Shown: positions 54,104 to 64,000 of the stretch, piece after piece | Numbering within the stretch: position 1 is the first letter of the stretch | How the letters are laid out: each line of letters starts with the position of its first letter | Assembly (NCBI RefSeq): GCF_006345805.1 | Contig: NC_043005.1 | Span: 2,232,001-2,296,000, forward strand | Direction of reading: 5' to 3' | Length of the DNA: 64,000 nt | From: Octopus sinensis | Taxonomy: Eukaryota | The notes under the pieces: generated by a model | What the model was told of the DNA's origin: nothing | The model's database searches: none | The model's input: only the letters and a program-made list of their open reading frames with translations | Position numbers and translations under genes: made by a program

Positions 54104-55666
54104 GTGTGTGTGTTAAGGCTATTATGAGCTGTATATTATTGATTTGTGGTTTGTTTTGCCTACAAGTATAAACTTATAATTCATGACTGCCGAAAGCTTG
54201 ACACTCAGCAAAACAGAGCAACACATGATTGCCAAAGGTTAAATGCATCCCTTTCACTATAGACATTGGAATCAAAATTAAAAACAAAACCAACACACAA
54301 TATAGTACCACGCACAACCAAATAATTCATCTTCTCCACCAACAAAGGTTGTGTATAACTGAATAAGTCTTTTAAACCAAAAACCAACACTTTATATAGA
54401 AACAATAAAGGGATCCACACGGCAGTTACATAAACTTTATACATTAGACATAGCTATTACATAATTTACCATTATGACATCTGGTATTAACGCAACCTTT
54501 TACATCGCAGTTAATTAAAACAGGTGCACCCTTAAGAATGTTTCGTTGTTTGTGCGAAGTTATAAATTATGCCTGCGCCTAAAATGATTTTGTTATTTAA
54601 CTACGTGTTGATATATGCAGAGATATGTACATACATTCATTATATATATTTAAGGAAACTATAAGTGCTCTCAAAGTCACTCACCTGATGGTGTGCAAAA
54701 ACAGTTATTGCTCGGTCACATTAATATAATTATATGATTATTTGTATAATATGTGAAACATTCAACTAACACACTGCTAATGCACAGAAACGATGGCTGG
54801 GATTTGGATTAAAGCCTGTTCATTCCATCTTCTAGTATTTAAACATTTTTGGATAAATTCTGCGTACGCTAACAGATTTCCACATGTACACCCAGTAAAA
54901 GGAGTATTTCTGCTATATGACACCACATGGAAGCCGATAACCATAGAAGAGCTTTGAAATGCTTGTTATACAGTTATTACTGACATGATATGACATGATA
55001 TGACATGATATGATTTGATATGATATATATATATATATACATACATATATACATAATTATATGTAACGGTAATATCCAAGCATCAATGTGTAGGAAGCTA
55101 GTGAGCTTCAAGCACTTCGTAGAAGATATAAAAAACATCTTCCAGGGACGATAGTGTTTTATTGGCGCAGAAGTACGATAAGCTGAAAAAGAGCAAATTT
55201 TATAGTTCACAATTAGCAACAGGGGTTGTTGTATATGCGAATAAGCATCCCAAAATTACGGAATGGAGTAGATAAAATCCAGGATACATATGTTTCAAAG
55301 CGAGTAGAGCCCCGGAAATAGTAAATTATCCAAACGAGGTGTGGAGACCACAAGCTTCTCTACAGGGCAAGGATATCTTGATTACATGGAGTTTACATTA
55401 TTCGTTTTTATATAAAGTTAGATTAAAACCAGTTTTACATTAAACTGAAGAATTACTCAATCGTTTTTGTAGAGTTTCATATTTATTATTCTTTAACAAG
55501 AATATTGACATTGACTTCGACGTTTCAACATGCTTAGCCTTCATTGGATATAGTCGAATAAAGGCTAAGGGGGCCGAAAATTCGAAGCTTCTGTCGATAC
55601 TATTCTTGATAGAGAATAGCATGTATATATATATATATATAGATACTATTCTTGATAGAGAATAGC

Positions 55667-55704
<38 letters not shown>

Positions 55705-56108
55705 AGTTTGAAAACGCCATTATATAAGATTTTAATTTTCTTAGAGATTTTACCTGTTTCCGTTCTTCTTGAACAAATGAACCTTATCAAAAATATTTTA
55801 AAAAGTTAAGTGTAATAAAAAAGTTCATAAATGTTTCTTACTAGTCTCAACAGACTCCACGTTGTGGTGTTTTGTGGTGGGGGGCATAATGGCTATCTTG
55901 TGCGTTGACCAGAATCGTTGGCTGTAATCGTGAGAGTGACCGTTGGCCGTAATAGTAGTAGAGACCGTTGGTCGTAGTAGTAGTAGTAGTAGTACTGACC
56001 GTGGTGGAGGTGGTGGTGGTTGGAGTTGTAGCAGCAGTTCATTGGCTGTAGTAGAAGTAGTAGCAGCAGCAGCAGCAGTGGAAGTGACTGTTAGCTATAA
56101 TAACAGCA

Positions 56109-56342
56109 AAAGGCGGCGAGCTGGCAGACACGTTAGCGCGCTGGGCGAAATGCTTAGCGGTATTTCGTCTGTCGTTACGTTCTGAGTTCAAATTCCGCCG
56201 AGGTCAACTTTGCCTTTCATTCTTTTGGGGTCGATAAATAAAGTACCAGTTTCGCAGTGGGTGCGATATAATTGACTCAATCCCTTCGTCTGTCCTTGTT
56301 TGTCCCCTCTATGTTTAGCCCCTTCTGGGCAGTAAAGAAATA
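56109..56342 (+). mobile_element. Complete family-2 SINE variant with 13-bp target-site duplication
   Basis: tataataacagca at 56096-56108 and 56343-56355. Confidence 0.9.
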
Positions 56343-56539
56343 TATAATAACAGCAGTGGAAGAGACTGTTGGTCGTAATAGTAGTAGTAGTAGATGTGAC
56401 CGTTGGCTGTAATAGCAGCAGTAGCAGAGACCTTTGTTTGCAGTAGTAGTAGTAGTGATCGTGGTGGTAATGGTAGTGGTAGTTGGAATCGTAGAATTCC
56501 TTTTTTCTTTTTGGATAACCAATATATGGTTTTAATGTT

Positions 56540-56940
56540 TCTGGCCCGGGGTGTTTAAACTTGGTCCTAATTTTCTAATGAAATGAAGTTCTTTGTTATG
56601 ACTTGAGTGAAAGTTACGTTGTTATTCAATTGGTAAAGTGGGAAAGTTGTGAATTTTGGATTTTTATTTGATGCACATCTGTCTATGTGGACGGTGACAG
56701 GTATTTTCCTGTATTCAGAATTCCTAATTTGGGATTTATGTACCTCCATCGTTTTCGGTAAGCTGTTTTTTGTATGGCCAATATATTGCCTATTGCACCC
56801 TGCGCATGTTATCACGTAAATTAAGTTTTCCGATGCACAGGTGAAGTTTATTCTGATGGTAAAATGATGGCCTTGTTCTAATGTGTATTCCGAACCTTCT
56901 ACTAAGATGAGACAGATCTCGCTTTTGGGCTTTCCACATC
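56540..56940 (-). mobile_element. Penelope-like GIY-YIG endonuclease remnant
   Basis: ITCAGCNRQYIGHTKNSL...HKSQIR (CxxC-YIG-T motif). Confidence 0.75.
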
Positions 56941-56976
56941 ATTAAACTGTTGATTTTGTGGTTGTTATTGGGTGCA

Positions 56977-57022
56977 GACTTGGAGCCAACTTGTACAAAT
57001 GTAAAGCAAAAGTCAAACATAA
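56977..57022 (+). mobile_element. Dong lineage C 3' tip
   Basis: gacttggagccaacttgtacaaatgtaaagcaaaagtcaaacataaa then (TAA)n. Confidence 0.8.
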
Positions 57023-57055
<33 letters not shown>

Positions 57056-57524
57056 CCTCTGGGACTTTGATTTCCAGACAGACAAGGTGTTGGGGCACCG
57101 ACGACCGGATATAGTAATCTTTAAGAGGGACAAACAAGAGTGCCTAATAATCGACGTAGCAGTGCCAGGAGATCAGTATATCATCATGAACGAAAGAGAA
57201 AAGGTTGATAAATATGGAGACCTGAGAATTGAGATTGCTAAGATGTGGCAGCTACGAGAAAAAAACATAAAGGTTATCCTTGTTGTCATCGGAACATTGG
57301 GTTCAATGCCAGCCAATCAGAAAAAAAAGATCTGAAACTCTTAGAAATACCCTACAATCTAGATGTATTGCAAACGTCGGCATTACTTGGAACTGCACGC
57401 ATATTGCGTAAAGTACTGTCTGTCTGAGGTCCTTGTTGTGACTTGACAAACAGTACAAACACCCGATAGATACAACATCTTCAATCAACAACCACATGAT
57501 ATTGTATAATGTGCGGCGACGTCT
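57056..57524 (+). mobile_element. Dong/R4-like lineage D, RLE plus 3' UTR
   Basis: LWDFDFQTD..RRPDIV..IIDVAVP..KVDKYGDL; ALLGTARILRKVL. Confidence 0.88.
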
Positions 57525-57552
57525 ATAATAATAATAACAATAATAATAATAA

Positions 57553-57583
<31 letters not shown>

Positions 57584-57585
57584 AA

Positions 57586-58141
57586 ATGCCCTAATGCAGT
57601 ACCAGGCAGTGGCTCTCATGGCTTCTGATCTTAACTGATTGGGAGTGTTATCATGTACATTGTTTTGTTTTGGTATAAAAGATGGCCTACAGCAAATATT
57701 CTGCTCAATACCACAGATTTGCTTGTCAGTTGCTTGACCGTAACCAGTTGAGCATGTCCCTTAGTGGCTGACGATATGTGCATCTCTGATCACGAGCAGA
57801 GGTAGTCGGAGAGCATCAAAGCCATGTGTTGAGAGGAATTCTTTGGGGTTCGAATAATTCACCTTTGGAAACATGGGTGTTTCATTCAACATCCTTAAAC
57901 AACTCTTATTCAGGGACCTTTGGAGCGGGATGGGCTACTCTACCAGAAGAAAATTATAACTGGGTACCACCTGCAAGGTCATGTGCTGTTTATCTTGATA
58001 TGAGATCACCATGTCGCGCACACATTGTTGTGATCCATGTGCCTGGTGTACCCTTATCAGACGGGTAGTCATGATGGGTATATTGGGCTTCGTATATCTT
58101 ACCCCAGTGTCACTTTGATGGCATGAACTGCTCTCTCACTC
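57586..58141 (+). mobile_element. Element X, longest copy (~556 nt)
   Basis: Between (TAA)(GAA)n and (TAA)n; no long ORF; homologous to 24772 and 46309. Confidence 0.85.
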
Positions 58142-58206
<65 letters not shown>

Positions 58207-58747
58207 GACTCCGTCGAAAATGATAATTCTTTGAAAATGCATAAAAATGTAAATGAAACTTGTGACTATAAAGTTAAAATCAAGTTAGTCTATAATAATA
58301 TAGACGAACTAAATACCTCTATATTGATCATATCCCGAAATTCTTTCTATAAACTACATTTGGGATGACGAAATGCACAAGAGCTCTATCTCTATACAAT
58401 GTAAACAAATAGTATATATTCCTCGTGCCGATGAATATATAAGGTGGATAAATACCTATGATTACCATTTGATGTAAATGTATTTAAGAGAACCACTAAC
58501 TAAATCACGCGTAATATCAACAAATGCTATTGAACTGAAGGTTATATTGCGTATATATGTGCATGGTTATATGTCTTATCTACGTACTTATGTGCGTGTA
58601 TTCGCCTACCTGTGCATACATTAATATATGCACGTGTGTATGTATATAGATATATGAATATATGTGTGTCTGTGTATGAGCGTGTATATGTATATATATA
58701 TATATATATAATATATATATAATATATATATATATATGTGTGTGTGT

Positions 58748-58780
<33 letters not shown>

Positions 58781-58782
<2 letters not shown>

Positions 58783-58998
58783 GGCGGCAAACTGGCAGAA
58801 ACGTTAGCACGCCTGGCGAAATGCTTAGTGGTATTTCGTCTGTCTTTGTGCTCTGAGTTCAAATTCCGCCGAGGACGACTTTGCCTTTCGATAAATAAGT
58901 ATCAGTTGATAAATTAAGTACCAGTTGCGTACTTGGGTCGATCTAATCGACTGACCCCCTTCCCCCAAAATTCGGGCCTTGTGCCTAGAGTAGAAAAG
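58781..58998 (+). mobile_element. Family-2 SINE (copy 1 of tandem pair)
   Basis: Follows (TG)n. Confidence 0.9.
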
Positions 58999-59002
58999 TG
59001 TT

Positions 59003-59043
<41 letters not shown>

Positions 59044-59103
59044 TGTGTGTGTGTGTGTGTGGTGTGTGTGTGTGGTGTGTGTGTGTGTGGTGTGTGTGTG
59101 TGT

Positions 59104-59323
59104 AAGGCGGCAAACTGGCAGAAACGTTAGCACGCCTGGCGAAATGCTTAGTGGTATTTCGTCTGTCTTTGTGCTCTGAGTTCAAATTCCGCCGAGGACG
59201 ACTTTGCCTTTCGATAAATTAAGTATCAGTTGATAAATTAAGTACCAGTTGCGTACTTGGGTCGATCTAATCGACTGACCCCCTTCCCCCAAAATTTCGG
59301 GCCTTGTGCCTAGAGTAGAAAAG
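59104..59323 (+). mobile_element. Family-2 SINE (copy 2, near identical)
   Basis: Shares the same internal deletion and local duplication as copy 1. Confidence 0.9.
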
Positions 59324-59326
59324 TGT

Positions 59327-59399
<73 letters not shown>

Positions 59400-59759
59400 A
59401 TTATTACTGCGAGCCTTTTATTACCATATAATTCCACACACACATATATTGAGAAAGCGTTATAATAAGATATTTTCTGAAACGCTGAATCGCTTGTAAT
59501 CTAATCTAAATTTCTCCAACCAACGAGCATTGATCTGTACATAGATTCCATTCTCTTCTATCTCATATCATTTTTGTTCTACTTCTATATATATTTTTTA
59601 TTCTTATCTATTTTATCTATTTTATATTTTATACCTTTTAGTTTCATTTTATTGTTTTTACTTTTATATTATTTTATTCTACCTTCTTCATTTTTACTTT
59701 ATTTCTTATTATATTCAAATTAATCCGTTAATCCTTACAAAATATAAATAAAATAACTC

Positions 59760-60085
59760 CATATATTTAGTCTGCCAGTATGAACTAAGAGGTCAACACG
59801 TAGTCCTTTATTGCATGTCTTTTTCCCTGATGATATTGTGTCCATACCTTATTATAAAGCAAATTTATATCATAAATTTGTAATTTATCAAATCAGCACA
59901 ATTGAAACAGCTGTAGGAACTATGAAGTATCACTTTATTTATAAATAGTTATTAACTTTCAACTCTCCCATTTTCTTTTCTTCTGTTAATTGAATACTGT
60001 TGATATACATATAAAATTTCCCAAAAATAGTTATAGAACCAGTGTTTTCTTGGATGTAATTAGAGGTCGATATATCCTCTAATTA
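59760..60085 (-). mobile_element. Possible Penelope RT remnant
   Basis: Broken frame YINSIQLTEEKKMGELK...ITNL.YK; heavily decayed. Confidence 0.3.
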
Positions 60086-60088
60086 ACT

Positions 60089-60169
<81 letters not shown>

Positions 60170-60476
60170 CATGTGTGTATGTACGTAAGTATGTATGTAT
60201 GTATATACATACGTATATATGTTATGTATATATACTCTGCTTGTTATAACCAGAAATGCTGACGAAAGTTTCATTAATTTTCTTAGGTCGTTCATTTTGC
60301 CACAATTGATTAATAATGTACCTATCAGTAATGTACCTATAATGCTTGCTACGAACAGCTATTAGCCAAATTTGCTCCAATATAGGAATAATATATAATC
60401 ACCATCATTGTCCTTATATACCAACTTGTTATACATATATATATATATATATATAATATATTCGTTATAGTTTTTA

Positions 60477-60978
60477 TATATAAAATACAATATACATTTA
60501 AACACATTAAGAGGTTTCCATCATAGGAATCCTTTACGCTAGAAAGAACACCTAAAGTCCAAACCACTAATTAGGAATAAATTCTCGAAGGGAATGAAAA
60601 TAAAAACATTTACCATCTCTTTCCTGGAGCACAATTTCTGACTTATTTTAGTAAATAAAAATAATTTACCAGGCGACGTCTTCACCAATAGGGACGCCAT
60701 AGATTAAATATATAAACAACAATGGATTCGCCTCGTTGTTTACGTATTTAATCTATGGCGTCCCGGTTGGTGAAGACGTCGCCTGGTAAATTATTTTTAT
60801 TTACTAAAATAAGTCAGAAATCATGTTCCAGGAAAGAGATGGTAAATGCTTTTAGTTTTCATTCTCTTCGAGAATTTATCCCTAAGTAGTGGTTTGGACT
60901 TTAGCTGTTCTTTCTAGAGTAAAGGATTCCTATGATTGAAACTTCTTAATGTGTTTAAATGTACATTGTATTTTATAT
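60477..60978. mobile_element. Foldback/MITE-like long inverted repeat
   Basis: ~244-bp arms at 60477-60720 and 60735-60978, with a 14-nt loop aatggattcgcctc. Confidence 0.88.
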
Positions 60979-61082
60979 GAATAATATATAGTCTATTGAC
61001 TAATTTTTCTATACCCTAGGCCACTGGCAGTAAAAATTTCTAAAATCTTTATTACCCTGATATTATTAAATATATATATATG

Positions 61083-61120
<38 letters not shown>

Positions 61121-61237
61121 ACTATAACGAACATATATTATATATATATATATATAATATATATATTAATATATATATATATATATATATATAAAACAAA
61201 TATAATATATTTCTATAAATATATATATATATATATA

Positions 61238-62080
61238 CTAGCTTAAGGTGACCTGCTCTACGCGTGGGTGAGGGTGTGGTTGTTACTTTCTGTTGCTTCC
61301 TTTCTGTTTTTATCACCACATCCTCCCTCTTTATTTCTCCCTCTTTATTTCTCCCTCTTTATTTCTCTCTCACTTTCCCACATATTTTGAAAGATCAATC
61401 ATAAATATCAGGCAGTGACAACGGAAAGGTCTGCTCCAAGACAGACAGCAAAACACTAACATTTAAAAGGGACAGACGAACTTGTGAGCTGAATAAAAAT
61501 AAAAAAACAATGGAAACCAAAGTTTGAAGGGATAGAATCTGAGGATAGTAAAGTCACCATGGCTGGCATTTCTTAACAACGGACAGCAACGTAGTGGCAG
61601 TTTAACGGCTGGCGTAAAATTTTGAACTTGATGTAAAAGAAAATTCCTAAACACCAAGTTTTGAAGTAATTCTTTCTCGCGACAGTAAACTCACCATGGC
61701 AAGCATTCAAAACTTCTTCATCATGGACGGCAACACATTGAAGATTTAAAGGCTGGCGCAAATTTTTTAGCTTGATGTTACAGAGAATTCCTAATCACTC
61801 GCTCCTGTAAATTTTAATCCCCTTCCAGCCCCATTAGACCTCTTTTCACATTTTGGTTAATATAACCCGATTTTATTCGGGTCTACTCGGGCCACATTTT
61901 ATAAGATGTGAAATTTTGTCCTAGAGGTCACGCCTTTCATTTGAGGAAAAAAATAGTTGCCGTGCAAACTCGCCAGTACTTTTAACATAGGTGTGCATAT
62001 TTTCAGCTCAACCGGCCACATAATGCGCACATTATATATATACGCATTAAATATATATATATATGTATATATATACGCAT

Positions 62081-62117
<37 letters not shown>

Positions 62118-62170
62118 TTGCATGTGTGTGTGTGTGTGTGTATGCATTATATATACAAATGTATAAAAAT

Positions 62171-62214
<44 letters not shown>

Positions 62215-62773
62215 TACATATATAAATACAGCTATATACACTTTGTATATATACATTATATATACATATTTATATATAGAACACACACACACATATGAAT
62301 TAACCCAATAAATATCTGATTCATAATATTTGTTCTCGTGATTGTGTGGTGGTGGATGTGGCGACGATAATTCTCTCTATGAATGCAGACAGACGTAGAG
62401 TGAGAGAGAGAGAGTGTGTGTGTGTGTGTGTCTGTGTGTGTGACAGCGCCAGCGAAAGCGGCGGGGGAAAGACAGTAGACGCTGTGAAACGTCGCTATAG
62501 AGAGAAAGTGAAAGGAAGGGAGGAAAGAGAGAGAGTCGGAGGAAGACAGGCAGATAAGAGAATGGGGGCAGACTTGTTAAAGTGTGCGTTTTTTGCCCTT
62601 GTAACGACACCTTTTAAGATAGGGATTTCTAACTTGTCCACTCACATCCTCATCACATTTTACATCTCCCTGTAAATTCTGGAGTCAATCCGACGTGATC
62701 TAGTGCCCTTTAACCCGTTCCAATGCCAAAACCAGACAAACAAACTTTTTGCATTTCAGAATTATAATATAGA
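61238..62773 (-). mobile_element. Non-autonomous Helitron-like unit 1
   Basis: Minus strand starts TCTATATTATAATT at 62773 and ends with a degenerate GC hairpin plus CTAG at 61238, with host T following. Confidence 0.7.
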
Positions 62774-62775
62774 GA

Positions 62776-63664
62776 CTAGCTTAAGGTGACCCGCTCTACT
62801 CGCGGGTGAGGTTGTGGTTGTTACTTTCTGTTTTTTATCGCCACATTCTCCCTCTTTGTTTCTCTCTCCTTTCTCTCTCACTTTCCCACTCTCTTACTCT
62901 TCATTTCTCTCGGACTTTGCATCGCTTTCTCTTACTCTCTATCTTTCCCTATCTATCTCTCTCCCATTTATAAACAACAAAAATCTTGAGTAAGTTGAGA
63001 AAGAAAATATTTTTACGCTTTTTAAACCCTTCGTCGTTATTTTCATTCACTCATTATTACTTTCTCCTTTCCTTTCACTTTCTCTCTATAACGTCGTTTG
63101 ATAGCGTCTATTATCTTTCCTCCGCCGCCTTCGCCAGCGTTGTCACTCTCTCTCTCTCTCCACGTCTGTCTGCATTCATAGAGAGAATTATCATCGCCAC
63201 CACCACCACCACCACCACCACCACACAATCATGAGAATCTTTCTCTATATATATAGAGAGAGAAGGGGAGGGAGAAAGTAATAATGAGTGAATGAGAATA
63301 ACGACGAAGGGTTTAAAAAGCGTAAAAATAATGAAGGCGGCGGAGGAAAGATAGTAGACGTTATCAAACGACGTTATAGAGAGAAATTGAAAGGAAGGGA
63401 GGAAAGAGAGAGAGAGAGAGAGTCGGAGGAAGACAGGCAGATAAGAGAATGGGGGCAGACTTGTCAAAGTGCTTGCGTTTTTTGCCCTAGTAACGACACC
63501 TTTTAAGATAGGGATTTCTAACCTAGCCCACTCACATCCTCACCTCATTTTACATGTCCCTGTAAATTTTGGAGTCAATCCAACGGGATCTAGTGGCCTT
63601 TAACCCGTTCTCAATGCCAAAACCAGACAAACAAACTTTTTGCATTTCAGAATTATAATATAGA
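62776..63664 (-). mobile_element. Non-autonomous Helitron-like unit 2
   Basis: 5' TC at 63664 (host A before it); hairpin ACCCGC/GCGGGT at 62789-62807; CTAG at 62776. Confidence 0.75.
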
Positions 63665-64000
63665 TATATATATATTTACGTACGAGAGTCACTGATACAT
63701 TGTGTTACTTCTTGCTTTACTTTCTTAATTATCTGAGAATGTTTGTTATGAATCATTCGAATACTTTTAACATTGAAAAAAAAAACCCTGAAAAGCCTTA
63801 ATTTTTTTTATAACATTTGATCAGGTGGGGGGAGGTAGTACATGTTGTAGTAGCTTCTGAGAGTGGAAGGAAAGTTGATACCTGACCCGAATACTTGTAA
63901 GAGAGTAGAGTCTTCTGGTTACGGGGTCAGGGTACCCAGGTGGTGGTGTTAAAGTGGGCGACGGGTCAAGTCTATCGGCCGACCGAACTATGACAAGATT

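Noticed and set aside
55080-55400. Possible AP-endonuclease remnant (FYSSQLATGVVVYANK)
   Set aside because: Too degenerate to support without a profile search.
63830-64000. GC-richer terminal segment
   Set aside because: Cut by the window edge; no assignable motif.

Overview
Eukaryotic, very AT-rich and repeat-saturated DNA. The SINE families and microsatellite load point to a cephalopod, probably Octopus (inference, no search run). No confident host gene is visible; one CpG-rich island at 14.1-14.4 kb is a weak exon candidate. Nearly all long ORFs belong to non-LTR retrotransposons: R4/Dong-like RT plus restriction-like endonuclease (RLE) elements of four lineages (working labels A-D), plus RTE, Tx1/L1, CR1-like and Penelope-like elements. 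The window also holds tRNA-type SINEs, two foldback elements, a head-to-tail non-autonomous Helitron pair and many microsatellites. Main structure: a ~23 kb array (23.4-46.6 kb) of Dong-like copies joined by (TAA)n spacers, all + on the left and all - on the right, converging near 29.2-29.5 kb. A non-coding TAA-tailed element ('X') sits in the same trains and may be a passenger of the Dong machinery. A short dispersed repeat carries a minimal hammerhead-ribozyme-like motif with a variant core. Family assignments come from motif recognition in the ORF translations, not database searches; boundaries are approximate.
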